Source of the DNA: Thermoproteota archaeon
GTDB lineage: Archaea; Korarchaeota; Korarchaeia; Korarchaeales; Korarchaeaceae
DNA length: 64,000 nt
Direction: 5' to 3'
Assembly (NCBI GenBank): GCA_027492205.1
Contig: JAOZFN010000012.1
Location: forward strand, 20,954-84,953
Every line of letters starts with the position of its first letter. Position 1 is the stretch's first letter. Shown one piece after another: positions 18,240-28,827 of this stretch. The notes below the pieces were generated by a model. It saw only the letters and a list, made by a program, of their open reading frames with translations. It did no database searches and was not told the origin of the DNA. A program made the translations under genes and the position numbers.

Positions 18240-19991
18240 ATGTTATTATGGCACGGGCGGTGGACCAGCCCCAAGTCCGGCGGGAGGTGCGAGGACCTGG
18301 GGAGGTGGATAGTGGCCAGCGCGTGGCCCTACGTCTACTCGCTCCCCCACCTGGGAAACCTGATAGGCGCCCCCCTCTCGGCCGACGTCTACGCTAGGTT
18401 CCTCAGGAGGAAGGGGGAGGAGGTCGTCTTCGTCTCCGGGAGCGACGAGCACGGCACCCCCATAGAGGCCGAGGCGCGCAGGAGGGGGATCCGGCCGAGG
18501 CAGCTGACCGACGAGATGCACGAGAAGATCTCCTCGCTGTTCGAGGCATTCAGGATCAGCTACGACAACTACACCAGGACCGAGAGCCCCGTGCACGTTA
18601 GGTTCGTACAGGAGTTCTACTCCAGGGTCTACGAGAACGGGCACATATTCGACGAAGAGATAGAGCAGCTCTACTGCGAGAACTGCGGCATATTTCTCCC
18701 CGACAGGTTCGTCGTGGGGACTTGCCCGTACTGCGGCAACCCGAAGGCCTACGGGGACCAGTGCGAGGTCTGCGGTAGACTCCTCACCCCGCTCGACCTC
18801 ATCGGGCCAAAGTGCGCGTTCTGCGGGTCGACTCCAGTCGTTAAAAAGACGAGGCACTGGTTCTTCGACCTGCCGAAGTTCTCCGACGAGCTGAGAGAGT
18901 TCATAGAGCTGAACAAGAACTTCCCGGAGAACGCGAGGAACATGTCCCTTGCCATGATAAGGGAGGGCCTCAAGCCCAGGTCCGTCACGAGGGACAACGA
19001 GTGGGGCATCCCCGCGCCGTTCCCCGGGGCGGAGGGGAAGACCATATACGTCTGGATGGAGGCGGTCTTGGGCTACGTGTCGGCCGTGAAGGAGTGGGCC
19101 GAGAGGCGGGGGAAGCCCGAGCTGTTCGACGAGTTCTGGAAGGACCCCCAGACGAGGAGCGTGTACTTCATCGGGAAGGACAACATCCCGTTCCACACGA
19201 TAATATTCCCCGCCCTCCTGATGGCCAGCGGCCAGGGCTACGTGCTTCCCTACAACGTCAGCTCCACCGAGTTCCTCATGTACGAGGGACAGAAGTTCTC
19301 CAAGTCCAAGGGCATCGGGATATGGATGGACGAGGCCCTCGAACTCCTGGAGGCGGACTACTGGAGGTACTACCTGATCGCCACCAGGCCGGAGACCAAG
19401 GACTCCAGCTTCGCGTGGGCCGACTTCGAGGCCAAGATCAACAACGAGCTCAACGACGTGCTGGGGAACTTCGTCCACCGCACCCTCACGTTCACGGCCA
19501 GCAGGTTTGGAGGTGAGGTCCCCGCCCTAGACCCCTCGGACGAGGAGGCAAGGTCCGCGATATCAAGGGCAGAGGAGCTGGCCGAGAGGGCCGAGGACAG
19601 CCTGTGGAGGTTCAGGATGAGGGAGGCCCTCGCAAGGGTAATGGACATCGCCAGGGAGGGTAACGCCTTCCTCAACTCCAGGGCCCCCTGGGCAGACCTC
19701 AAGGAGGGCAGGGTCGAGAGGGCCGGGAGCACGATATCAGCCGCCCTCACGCTGGTGAAGGGCCTGGCGCACTACCTGGAGCCGTTCCTGCCCGACACGT
19801 CCGAGAGGCTTTGGGAGATGCTCAGGCTCGACGGCAGCCCCCACGAGGCCACCTGGGACCGCGCCTTCGAGCCCCTGCCTGAGGGGCACCGGATAGGGGA
19901 TCCCAAGCCCCTGTTCAGAAAGGTGAAGAAAGAGGAACTCATCGAGAGGCTGGTGGAGGTCAGGGCTGCTCGGGCTCAACCCGAATCTTGA
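18240..19991 (+). CDS. metG: Methionyl-tRNA synthetase (no C-terminal tRNA-binding domain; true start probably 18297)
   Basis: AWPY, HLGN, GSDEHG, Zn knuckles, GKDNIPFH, KFSKS. Confidence 0.95.
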   Translation: MLLWHGRWTSPKSGGRCEDLGRWIVASAWPYVYSLPHLGNLIGAPLSADVYARFLRRKGEEVVFVSGSDEHGTPIEAEARRRGIRPRQLTDEMHEKISSLFEAFRISYDNYTRTESPVHVRFVQEFYSRVYENGHIFDEEIEQLYCENCGIFLPDRFVVGTCPYCGNPKAYGDQCEVCGRLLTPLDLIGPKCAFCGSTPVVKKTRHWFFDLPKFSDELREFIELNKNFPENARNMSLAMIREGLKPRSVTRDNEWGIPAPFPGAEGKTIYVWMEAVLGYVSAVKEWAERRGKPELFDEFWKDPQTRSVYFIGKDNIPFHTIIFPALLMASGQGYVLPYNVSSTEFLMYEGQKFSKSKGIGIWMDEALELLEADYWRYYLIATRPETKDSSFAWADFEAKINNELNDVLGNFVHRTLTFTASRFGGEVPALDPSDEEARSAISRAEELAERAEDSLWRFRMREALARVMDIAREGNAFLNSRAPWADLKEGRVERAGSTISAALTLVKGLAHYLEPFLPDTSERLWEMLRLDGSPHEATWDRAFEPLPEGHRIGDPKPLFRKVKKEELIERLVEVRAARAQPES

Positions 19992-20718
19992 TCTCCACGC
20001 TCGCCCTGGCCAGGGGGTGCCCCGGGGCGCCGATCACCAGGCCGACCGAGTCCGTCACGTTGCTGGCGGTGGCGTTGGCGGGCACGGTCAGGGTCCAGCT
20101 GATGGTTGCCACGCCGTCCGGGCCGGTCTTCGCCGGGTTGGGCGTGAACGTGGCGATCCCCGCCCCGCCGGCCATGGACTTCGCGAACACCAGGGCCCCC
20201 GCCACCGGCCTGCCCAGCTCGTTCCTCACGGTGACCGTGATCGTCGCCGAGACGTTCACCGACGTGTTGGCCTGGGAGTGGGCGACGACCTCCTCCGGGC
20301 TGACCTCCGCCCGCACCTGCAGCTCGCCGCCGTAGTAGACGGAGAACGGGACCTCGGCCGTGACCTCCCTCCCCCCCACGGTGGCCACCACCCTGGCGAC
20401 GTGGAGGCCCACCGAGTAGACCCCCTCCTCCAGGAAGACCTGAACCGAGGACTCCCTAGACCGCCCCAGATCGAACGCCTGCACCGGCTTAAGCTCCGGG
20501 CCCTGGAGTATCTCCAGCCTGGCGGTGGACGGGACCTCGTCGAACCTGACGGTGATGGTCACGTTTCCGTTCAGGGGGACGTCCTGAGGGTCGGCGATCA
20601 CCTCCACGCCCGCGCCCCTCATCGCCAGCGGGGGTACCAGGAGCAGGAGGGCGAGCGCGACATTGAGGGCTAAGGCAAGCTGGAGCTTCCTGTTTCTGGC
20701 GAGGCTCACCGAACTCAC
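19960..20718 (-). CDS. Secreted/membrane Ig-like domain protein
   Basis: N-terminal basic + hydrophobic signal (RNRKLQLALALNVALALLLL), beta-rich, TVRNELGRPVAGA; 3' part of ORF 19960..21408. Confidence 0.6.
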   Translation of the reverse strand: MSSVSLARNRKLQLALALNVALALLLLVPPLAMRGAGVEVIADPQDVPLNGNVTITVRFDEVPSTARLEILQGPELKPVQAFDLGRSRESSVQVFLEEGVYSVGLHVARVVATVGGREVTAEVPFSVYYGGELQVRAEVSPEEVVAHSQANTSVNVSATITVTVRNELGRPVAGALVFAKSMAGGAGIATFTPNPAKTGPDGVATISWTLTVPANATASNVTDSVGLVIGAPGHPLARASVEIKIRVEPEQP

Positions 20719-20799
20719 GGGTCGGACCTGAGATCCCCCAAAATTAAGGTTGACCAGTGGGAACCGTTTTTTACCGCGGGTCCCAGGACAACACGACGG

Positions 20800-21921
20800 A
20801 TGTTGAGAGGACTCGGCGAGAAGTACGTGGGCGATCTGGAGCTGATAGAGAGCCCCCGCTACATATTCTTCGGCCCCGACGCCCTGAAGAAGACCAGCGA
20901 GACCCTGAGGTCGCTGGAACTCGAGGGGAAGGCCCTCATAGTGACGGGCGGGGAGCGCACCTCCAAGATAGCCTGGAGGCTGGGCGAGTTCATCGAGGGT
21001 GACGGGTACGAGTTCCACGTGCACCAGGTGACCTCCCGCCACCCCGACGTCAGGGACGTGGAGGCGGCGTTCAAGAGACTCAGGGAGTTCGGCGCGGGAT
21101 TCGTGATAGGGGTCGGCGGAGGCCGAGTGCTGGATGTGGCAAAGCTGACCGCCCACTGGGCCGGCGTGAGGTACGTCAGCGTGCCGACCAGCGCGAGCCA
21201 CGACGGGATAGCCTCTCCGTCCATTAGCTTCCTTCTGGCAGAGACCGTCAAGGCCGTCAAGGGAGAGAGGTGGGCGAAGCCCGAGTCTCCCACGGCTGTG
21301 ATCGCCGACACGAGGGTGATAACCCAGGCCCCGGACGTCACGAGGAAGTCCGGCTTCGGCGACCTGGTCGCCAAGATAACGGCGGTTAGGGATTGGGAGC
21401 TGGCCCACAAGTTAAAGGACGAGCCGTACAGCGAGTATGCCGCCAGCATGTCCCTCCTAAGCGCCCAGCTGGCCATGCAGCACGCCGAGGACATAAGGCC
21501 TGGGACGGAGGAGTCCACCAGGCTCCTGGTGAAGGCCCTCATAGGGAGCGGCGTCGCCATCAGCATAGCCGGCAGCAGCCGGCCTGCCAGTGGAAGCGAA
21601 CACCTGTTCAGCCACGCCCTAGACAAGCTCGCGAGGGAGGAGGGATTCAGGAACGCGCCTCACGGCATACAGTGCGGCCTGGGCGCGATAATGATGGCCT
21701 ACCTCCAGGGACAGGAATGGGAGAGAATAAGGGACAGCTTGAAGGCAGTCGGGGCTCCTGTGACCGCCGAAGAGGCCGGGCTCGATCCACACGTGGTCGT
21801 GAAGGCCCTCACAATCGCTCACACAATCAGGAAGAGGTACACAATCCTTGGAGAAACTGGACTCACCGAGAACGCCGCCAGGAAGCTTGCGATCAGGACG
21901 GGCGTCATCCGCCAGTTCTGA
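20800..21921 (+). CDS. egsA: sn-glycerol-1-phosphate dehydrogenase
   Basis: GVGGGRVLDVAK, PTSASHDGIAS, SRPASGSEHLFSHALD, HGIQCG. Confidence 0.95.
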   Translation: MLRGLGEKYVGDLELIESPRYIFFGPDALKKTSETLRSLELEGKALIVTGGERTSKIAWRLGEFIEGDGYEFHVHQVTSRHPDVRDVEAAFKRLREFGAGFVIGVGGGRVLDVAKLTAHWAGVRYVSVPTSASHDGIASPSISFLLAETVKAVKGERWAKPESPTAVIADTRVITQAPDVTRKSGFGDLVAKITAVRDWELAHKLKDEPYSEYAASMSLLSAQLAMQHAEDIRPGTEESTRLLVKALIGSGVAISIAGSSRPASGSEHLFSHALDKLAREEGFRNAPHGIQCGLGAIMMAYLQGQEWERIRDSLKAVGAPVTAEEAGLDPHVVVKALTIAHTIRKRYTILGETGLTENAARKLAIRTGVIRQF

Positions 21922-21946
21922 GGCTTCCCGTACGCGCCGGCTCCGG

Positions 21947-23737
21947 TCAGACGTAGTATCGGCCTGAGGCTCTGGCCTCCACGTCCAGCCTAGAACCCGG
22001 CTTGTTAACCCTAGGCCTACCCGTCCTTGGATCTCTCCTGAACGTTATGCCCACCTCACGCAGGAACTCGTTCATGCCCCTCTCCACCGGCATGGGGCTC
22101 GAGGCGTGCCCCTCAACCCCGGGATCCCCCGTGAAGAGGATTATGCGGTCCGCCAGCGCCTCTATGGTGATCAGGTCGTGCTCGACGACTATGGCGGCCC
22201 TGTCCTCGCCCTCGACCCTCCGCTTGATGGCCTTGGCGAGGGCCAGCCTCATCTCAACATCCAAGAAGGCGCTCGGCTCGTCCAAGAGGTAGATGTCGGC
22301 GTCCATCCCCAGCGTCGCCGCCACGGCCACCCTCTGGAGCTCCCCTCCGCTCAGCTCAGAGAGCCTGCGGTCCATCAGCCCGTCCACGCCGAGCCTGTGG
22401 AGGACCTCGGCCCTGAAGAAGCTCGAGCTCAGCTGTGAGCCCGCCATCGACCTCAGAAGGGAGTAAACCGTGCCGTCCTGCTCCGGCCTGACGTACTGGG
22501 GCTTGTAGGCCACCTTGACGTCCTCGGCCAGGACCTCCCCGCTGGTGGGCTCTGTCGCCCCGGCAAGCATGGAGACGAACGTGGTCTTTCCTATGCCGTT
22601 GGGCCCGACGGCCACGACCACCTCCCCCGCCCTCAGCTCCCCGGGCTCCACGGTGAGCCGGAAGGCGGAGTCGTACTCCTTGGCGAGTCCGCTGTAGCTC
22701 ACCAGCGGGGGGGTCTCCACCTTCCCGGCCGTCGACCTCCTGCCGAATGAGATGCTGTACTCCCTGAACCTGACGTTGTCGTCCGGCAGGTAGCCGTCCA
22801 GGAAGATGTTGATGCCCTCCCTGGTCCCGTGGGGGTGGCTCACCACGCCGAACACGCCCCTCACGCCGTAGAGGATGTGGATGTAGTCGCTCAGGTAGTC
22901 GAGGACCGCCAGGTCGTGCTCGACCACCAGCACGCCCTTCCCGGCCTCCGCCAGGCCCCTGATCACGGACGCGATCCTCATCCTCTGGAAGACGTCCAGG
23001 TAGTTGCAGGGCTCGTCGAACATGTAGACGTCGGCCTCCTTCGAGGAGGCGGCGATCACTGCGACCCTCTGGAGCTCTCCCCCGCTCAGCTCAGAGAGCC
23101 TTCGATCCATGAGATCCGACAGGCCCAGCGTCTCCGCCAGCTCCCTCGCCACCCCCCTCTCGTCAGCCCTCTCCAGGGCCTCCCTCAGCGTTCCCGGGAA
23201 GGCCCTGGGAAGGAGGTCGATCCTCTCCGGCTTGTGGACCACCCTGACCCGGCCGCCGGCCAGCCTCTCTAGGTAGTTCTGGATCTCGGTGCCGCGGAAC
23301 CTCCTGATGACCTCGTCCCAGTCCAGCTCGGCGTGGGGGTCGCCCAGGTTGGGGACGAGCTCGCCCGACAGTATCCTCATGATCGTGGTCTTTCCTATGC
23401 CGTTGGGCCCGACGAGGCCCACGACGCCCCCCATCCTCACGATGGGGAGCCTGAACAGGACGAACCCGTTGACCCCGTACCTGTGGATCTCCTCCCCCTC
23501 GAGCGGGGCCGGCAGGTTGACTATGGACAGTGCGGAGAACGGGCACTTCTTGACGCAGATGCCGCAGCCCACGCACAGATCCTCGTCTATCACCAGGAAG
23601 CCGTCCTCCAACCTGATGGTGTCCTCCTCGCCTGCCCTGACGCGCGGGCAGAACTTGATGCACTCCTGGCCGCACTTCCTCGGGTTGCACCGATCCCTGT
23701 CGACCACCGCTATCCTTCTTGCGTCCACCGCCGGCAC
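21947..23737 (-). CDS. Ribosome recycling ATPase ABCE1/Rli1
   Basis: N-terminal FeS domain, two GPNGIGKTT NBDs, LSGGELQRVA, RPRVNK. Confidence 0.95.
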   Translation of the reverse strand: MPAVDARRIAVVDRDRCNPRKCGQECIKFCPRVRAGEEDTIRLEDGFLVIDEDLCVGCGICVKKCPFSALSIVNLPAPLEGEEIHRYGVNGFVLFRLPIVRMGGVVGLVGPNGIGKTTIMRILSGELVPNLGDPHAELDWDEVIRRFRGTEIQNYLERLAGGRVRVVHKPERIDLLPRAFPGTLREALERADERGVARELAETLGLSDLMDRRLSELSGGELQRVAVIAASSKEADVYMFDEPCNYLDVFQRMRIASVIRGLAEAGKGVLVVEHDLAVLDYLSDYIHILYGVRGVFGVVSHPHGTREGINIFLDGYLPDDNVRFREYSISFGRRSTAGKVETPPLVSYSGLAKEYDSAFRLTVEPGELRAGEVVVAVGPNGIGKTTFVSMLAGATEPTSGEVLAEDVKVAYKPQYVRPEQDGTVYSLLRSMAGSQLSSSFFRAEVLHRLGVDGLMDRRLSELSGGELQRVAVAATLGMDADIYLLDEPSAFLDVEMRLALAKAIKRRVEGEDRAAIVVEHDLITIEALADRIILFTGDPGVEGHASSPMPVERGMNEFLREVGITFRRDPRTGRPRVNKPGSRLDVEARASGRYYV

Positions 23738-23753
23738 CCGCTCGGGGTTCGGC

Positions 23754-24374
23754 TCAGCGCTTTAGAATCTCTTCCCTCCCCATGTCGAAGGCCCGGAGGT
23801 TCAGCTCCAGGTACCTCCTCGGAGCCTCCTTCTCCAGCGCCCTCCTAAGGGCTCCCTCCTCGAACGGCAGCACTCCGAGGGCGTCCACGGCCCCAAGCAG
23901 GACCGAGTTCGTCACGACGATGTCGCCGGCCCTCTCGGCCACCTCCACCGCGTTGAGCGCCTCGAGCCTCCTGGGCTCGAGGGTCTGCAGGGCCTCCAGG
24001 ATCTCCTCGACCCTGGGGATCCTCTTCCTCTCGAGATAGGCGCCTATAGGGGCCACCAGGTGGGTGTTCATTACTATCGAGGTCCTCTCGGTTATGTAGC
24101 TGGCGTACCTCAGGGCCTCTATGGGCTCCAGGGCGACCAGGAGGTCGAGAGTCCCCTCCATTATCAGCGGGCTCACCACGTCCCTTCCCATCCTGATCTC
24201 GGTCTTGATGGAACCGTACCTCTGGGCCAGGCCGTGGACCTCGCTCTGCACGAAGTTCAGCCCCGAGTCGAGGGCGGCGCGTGTGATCACCCGGCTGGAG
24301 AACAGGATGCCCTGCCCCCCGACGCCGGCTATGATGACGTTGAACTCGGACACGTCAGACGCCAATCTTCTCAC
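23754..24374 (-). CDS. iorB: Indolepyruvate:ferredoxin oxidoreductase beta subunit
   Basis: GVGGQG, SEVHGLAQRYG, LEPIEALR. Confidence 0.9.
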   Translation of the reverse strand: MRRLASDVSEFNVIIAGVGGQGILFSSRVITRAALDSGLNFVQSEVHGLAQRYGSIKTEIRMGRDVVSPLIMEGTLDLLVALEPIEALRYASYITERTSIVMNTHLVAPIGAYLERKRIPRVEEILEALQTLEPRRLEALNAVEVAERAGDIVVTNSVLLGAVDALGVLPFEEGALRRALEKEAPRRYLELNLRAFDMGREEILKR

Positions 24375-26250
24375 CCCTCCAATCCAGGGAGCCCTCCATC
24401 GGCTCTATCGCCCCGTACGGGCACACGTCGACGCAGGAGCCGCAGCCGAAGCACACGGTAGGATCTATCTCCACGACCTTGCCGGTGTCCACGAAGGCCG
24501 GGCAGGCGTAGGTGTTGATGCAGACCCTGCAGTAGGTGCACTTCTCCGGGTCGACGCGGTAGGGGACGATCTTGACGCCCTCCCTCCTCAGCCTCCTCAC
24601 GGTGAGCAGGGCGCACTCCCTGCGCATTATCACGACGGACACTCCGTCGTGCTTCATGGCCTCCCTTACAGCGTTCTCGGCGGCCTTGAAGTCGAAGGGA
24701 TCGACGACCTGAACGTGCTCCACGCCCAAGCCTCGCACCACCTTCTCTATGTCCAGTGCCGGCACCTCCTCGCCAGTGGCCGAGACCGGCACTCCTGGGT
24801 GCGGCTGGTGGCCCGTCATGGCGGTTATCCTGTTGTCGAGCACCACCAGGAGGAACTTCCTCTTGTGGTGCACCGCGTTGATCAGCGCCGGGATGCCCGC
24901 GTGGAAGAACGTGGAGTCCCCTATCAGGGCGACGGTCTTCTGGTCCGTGGCGAGGCTGATGCCGTTGGCGAAGCCAACCCCGGATCCCATGGCGTGGGTC
25001 ACGTCTCCCAGGTTGAAGGGCCTCTGGAACAGGAGGGCGTAGCAGCCGATGTCGTTCAGGTAGACCGCAGTTCCGGCGGCGCGCCTTATCACGTAGCCCG
25101 AGGCCCTGTGCGGGCAGGCTGGGCACATCACCGGTGGCCTGCTCACGGCCAGCTCCAGCGCCGGCTTGGCCCTCTCCTCCAGGGCCGAGAAGTCGATCGG
25201 CGACGGCCTGCCAGTCACCCTCGATAGCGCTCCCACGACCAGCCTGATGTTCAGCTCCCCGACCCTCGGCAGGAGTCCCTGGGCCTTCCCCAGTATCTCC
25301 ACGTCCGGGGCGGTGTCCTTAGCTATCGCCTTGACTCTCTCCTCCAGGTACGGGTCGAGCTCCTCGACTATCAGAACCCTCTGGAGGCCGCGGAGGAACT
25401 CGCCGATCCTCTCCGCCGGCAGGGGGTTGGTCATGGTCAGCTTGAGTATGGGGACGTCGAGCCCCATGGCCCTAGCGGCCTCGAGGACGTACGCGTAGGC
25501 CACTCCAGAGGTTATCACGCCAAGGTCCCCGCTCCCGCCCCTGACCTCCGCCAGCTCTGGGGCCAGCTCCCTCTCAATCCTGGTCAGCTTCTCCAGGAGC
25601 TCCCTGTGATGCTTCCTTGCTATGGCGCCGACCTGCACGTACCTGTCCGGCTCGGGGGGCTTGAACCTGCCCTTCCCCCTCCTCTCCCTGATCTCGCCCA
25701 GCCTCACGGGCGCCCTGGTGTGGCTTATCCTGGTGGTGGACCTGACCAGGAACGGCAGGGCGTACCTCTCCGAGAGGTCGAAGGCCCTGTACACCAGATC
25801 CTTGGCCTCCTGAGGCGTGGAGGGCTCGAGCATCGGCAGGCCCATTGCCACGGCGTAGTGCCTGTTGTCCTGCTCGTTCTGGCTGCTGTGGGCGTGGGGG
25901 TCGTCGGCGCTGACGACGACGAGCCCGCCTATGGTGCCCGCGTAGGTGAGCGTGAAGAGCGCGTCCGCCGCCACGTTCACGCCGACGTGCTTCATGAAGC
26001 ACATGGCCCTCAGGCCGGACCACGCGGCGCCTATCGCAACCTCAGAGGCCACCTTTTCGTTGGTCGCCCACTCGAAGTGGAACCCCAGCTCTCTGGCGGC
26101 CTCCGCCAGGGTCTCTCCGATCTCGGTGCTGGGGGTCCCCGGGTAGGCCGCGGCCACGTCCAAACCGGCCTCTATGGCCCCCCTGGCAATCGCCTCGTTC
26201 CCAAGAAGTGGTACAATCGAACCAGGGGGGGAGAGAACCGCCTTTGACAT
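24355..26250 (-). CDS. iorA: Indolepyruvate:ferredoxin oxidoreductase alpha subunit
   Basis: LGNEAIARG, YPGTPSTE, RPPVMCPACPH, GDSTFFH, C-terminal ferredoxin; start set at MSKAVL. Confidence 0.92.
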   Translation of the reverse strand: MSKAVLSPPGSIVPLLGNEAIARGAIEAGLDVAAAYPGTPSTEIGETLAEAARELGFHFEWATNEKVASEVAIGAAWSGLRAMCFMKHVGVNVAADALFTLTYAGTIGGLVVVSADDPHAHSSQNEQDNRHYAVAMGLPMLEPSTPQEAKDLVYRAFDLSERYALPFLVRSTTRISHTRAPVRLGEIRERRGKGRFKPPEPDRYVQVGAIARKHHRELLEKLTRIERELAPELAEVRGGSGDLGVITSGVAYAYVLEAARAMGLDVPILKLTMTNPLPAERIGEFLRGLQRVLIVEELDPYLEERVKAIAKDTAPDVEILGKAQGLLPRVGELNIRLVVGALSRVTGRPSPIDFSALEERAKPALELAVSRPPVMCPACPHRASGYVIRRAAGTAVYLNDIGCYALLFQRPFNLGDVTHAMGSGVGFANGISLATDQKTVALIGDSTFFHAGIPALINAVHHKRKFLLVVLDNRITAMTGHQPHPGVPVSATGEEVPALDIEKVVRGLGVEHVQVVDPFDFKAAENAVREAMKHDGVSVVIMRRECALLTVRRLRREGVKIVPYRVDPEKCTYCRVCINTYACPAFVDTGKVVEIDPTVCFGCGSCVDVCPYGAIEPMEGSLDWRGEKIGV

Positions 26251-26388
26251 ACTATCAGCTCCCCCGCGAGCCTCGGGGGGATTTGGTTTAAACTTTGAGC
26301 AATTTTTGGGGGCCCCGCCTCCCGGTGTCCGGATGGCTCCCACGCGGCCTCAGGCCGGGGCCCGATCCCTCTGACCTCTGGCACACGG

Positions 26389-27792
26389 TCAGAGACTCTT
26401 GGTCCTCTTCCACCACTCGACCATGGCGGCCACGGCGCCGACGGCCCTCTCCGGGGTCGGGAACGCGGGTACCCCCCTGGAGTTGAGCAGGTCGGCGGCC
26501 CGCTCGGACCTCTCCCCTCCCATGAGCATGACTGCCATGGGCTTGTCGGTCCCCTCGGCCGCCCTCAGAACGGCCCTGGCTATCCCCTCGGGGTCGGTGA
26601 CGGCGGTCTCGCAGTAGAGCACGATCACGTTGTCCACCGACTCGTGCTCCAGCGCAGCTCTAACGGCCCCCTCGAACTCCGGCTCGGCCGCCTGGCCGGT
26701 GAGGTCGACGGGGTTCTTCGGGCTCCCGAAGGGAGGCATGTAGGAGCGGAAGGTCTCCTTGAGGTCCTCGGGCGGGTCTATGAGGTCGAGCCCCGATAGC
26801 TCGGCGGCGTCGGTGGCCAAGACGCCGGCGCCTCCCCCGTTGGTCACTATGACCGTCCTGGTCCCCCTCGGGACCCTCCTGGACGCGAAGGCCCTGGCCC
26901 AGTCGAAGGCCTGCTCGACGCTGTAGGCCCTCAGGATCCCGGTCTGCCTGAAGACGGACTCGTAGACCGCGTCCATGCCGGCCAGGGAGCCCGTGTGGGA
27001 CGAGGCCGCCATGCTGCCCCTCGCGCTCCTCCCCGCCTTGAGGACGATCACGGGCTTCCTCGGGGTTACCCTCCTGGCGACCTCCATGAACCTCCTGCCC
27101 TCCTTGACCCCCTCCATGTAGACCAGGATCACGTCCGTGTCCTCGTCCTCAGAGAGCCAGAGCAGGAGGTCGGAGTCCTCGATGTCTGACTTGTTGCCCA
27201 CGCTCACCACGGCAGAGAGGCCTATCCTCTCGGTTATCGTCCAGCCCATCAGGGCGATTCCGAGGGCCCCGGACTGCGTGATGAAGGCTATGGATCCCGG
27301 GAGGACCTTCGTCGGCCCGAACGTGGCGTTCATCCTCGCCGGGGTGTAGACGACGCCGAATATGTTGGGCCCCAGGACCCTCATCCCCCTCTCGTGGGCC
27401 CTCCTGACGAGCTCCTCCTCGAGCTCCCTCTCTCCAACCTCCGAGAACCCGCTGGATATCACGGCCACCGCCCTCGCCCCCTTCTCGCCGAGGTCGTCTA
27501 TCGCGTCCAGAACGTACCTGGCCGGGATGGAGACGACCCCCAGGTCAACGGTCCCCGGGATCTCGGAGACGGAGTGGTAGCACCTGAGGCCCAGGATCTC
27601 GTCCGCCTTCGGGTTCACGGGGTATATCCTCCCCCGATACCCGTACTCGACGAGGTTCTTGAGGATCTCGTGTCCTATCTTTCCAGGGGTCCTAGAGGCC
27701 CCGATCACAGCGATCGATGACGGCCTGAACAGAGCGTCCAGGGCCCTGACCGATTCCAACGCCCGCGACCTCCTCGCGGGCGAAAGCGCCAC
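26389..27792 (-). CDS. acdA: ADP-forming acyl-CoA synthetase alpha subunit
   Basis: IGASRTPGKIG, GPNIFG, QSGALG, SHTGSLAG, NPVDLTG. Confidence 0.9.
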   Translation of the reverse strand: MALSPARRSRALESVRALDALFRPSSIAVIGASRTPGKIGHEILKNLVEYGYRGRIYPVNPKADEILGLRCYHSVSEIPGTVDLGVVSIPARYVLDAIDDLGEKGARAVAVISSGFSEVGERELEEELVRRAHERGMRVLGPNIFGVVYTPARMNATFGPTKVLPGSIAFITQSGALGIALMGWTITERIGLSAVVSVGNKSDIEDSDLLLWLSEDEDTDVILVYMEGVKEGRRFMEVARRVTPRKPVIVLKAGRSARGSMAASSHTGSLAGMDAVYESVFRQTGILRAYSVEQAFDWARAFASRRVPRGTRTVIVTNGGGAGVLATDAAELSGLDLIDPPEDLKETFRSYMPPFGSPKNPVDLTGQAAEPEFEGAVRAALEHESVDNVIVLYCETAVTDPEGIARAVLRAAEGTDKPMAVMLMGGERSERAADLLNSRGVPAFPTPERAVGAVAAMVEWWKRTKSL

Positions 27793-27820
27793 ATGGGTAA
27801 AATCTTTTCCATCGATGGGG

Positions 27821-28336
27821 TCATCCGCTCAGGAGGTCTCGAATCACTTCGGTGGCCCTGTCTTTGGCGTGATGGATGTTTTTAACGCTCTTACCTCTCT
27901 CTTTCATCTCAGAAGCCGACCTCAGGGCGTATCCAACTGCCAGGGGGGCGCCGTACCTCTCGTCCACCACGACCACAAGGTCCCCCTCCTCGACGTCGTC
28001 GTCCACGTCCACTACGCCCGGCCCCATCACGTCCGCCCCGTTCAGGATGAACCTGACCGCGCCCTGGTCCACCACGACCCTCTTCACCCTGACCCCCTCC
28101 CTGAGGGCGCCGACGAATGGAACGACCTCCCCGGTGGCCTTCTGAACCAGCACCGGCCTGCCCTCGTACAGCAGGACCCTCTCGGTCCCCTTGCCCGTCT
28201 CGTACTCCACGGCCTCCAGCGAAACCTTCAGCCTTGGGAAGAGGGTCGCCAGCTCTGGGTGTCGCTCTATGAGCGAGCCCACTATCTCCCTGCTCTCCCT
28301 AGCGGAGATGAAGTACCTCTTCTGCTTAGCCGGCAT
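27821..28336 (-). CDS. PUA-domain RNA-binding protein (MCT-1/Tma20-like)
   Basis: VVVDQGAVRFILNGADVMGPGV. Confidence 0.85.
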   Translation of the reverse strand: MPAKQKRYFISARESREIVGSLIERHPELATLFPRLKVSLEAVEYETGKGTERVLLYEGRPVLVQKATGEVVPFVGALREGVRVKRVVVDQGAVRFILNGADVMGPGVVDVDDDVEEGDLVVVVDERYGAPLAVGYALRSASEMKERGKSVKNIHHAKDRATEVIRDLLSG

Positions 28337-28394
28337 CCCGGCCGGGTCGCGCGGGCTAAATTTATATTCCGGATCACCGGGCGGCCCACGCGGT

Positions 28395-28471
28395 GCCCGG
28401 GTGGTGTAGCCAGGCTAGCATAGGAGCCTGTCGAGCTCCAGACCCGGGTTCAAATCCCGGCCCGGGCGCCA
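28395..28471 (+). tRNA. tRNA-Asp(GTC), CCA encoded
   Basis: GCCCGGG/CCCGGGC acceptor stem, GGAGC-CTGTCGA-GCTCC anticodon arm, GGTTCAAATCC; TTTATA box upstream. Confidence 0.95.
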
Positions 28472-28827
28472 CCCACTCCCTCCATCGACCCGCCGCCCCC
28501 TCACGAGCGGCGGCCCACGCCCGGCCGTCCGTCCCTCAGTCGATTTCCGGGTGACGTTGGCCGAACATAGGTTGCGACTCGGTCTCGCCGCCAGGGTGCG
28601 TGCACGTCTTGCGCTTTCCAGGCCTACCCAAGCCTGAGAAGGCCCCTCTCACGGCCCCCCGCGTCGCTCGGGGGGTTCCAGTGACGAGGGCCGAGGCCGA
28701 GACCGGGAGGTCCACCGCTCGCGGGTTCGCGGAGGCCGGAGCTTCGACGTAGACTAGGGAGGGCTAGAGGGGGTCAAGAGAGAGCCCCCGATCTCGGCGT
28801 CTCCCTGGGGGACGGGTTCCTGCCCGC

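Noticed and set aside
28472-28827. GC-rich intergenic hairpins as RNase P or SRP RNA, or an att site
   Set aside because: No conserved RNase P/SRP motifs recognised and no duplicate of the tRNA-Asp 3' end seen in the window.
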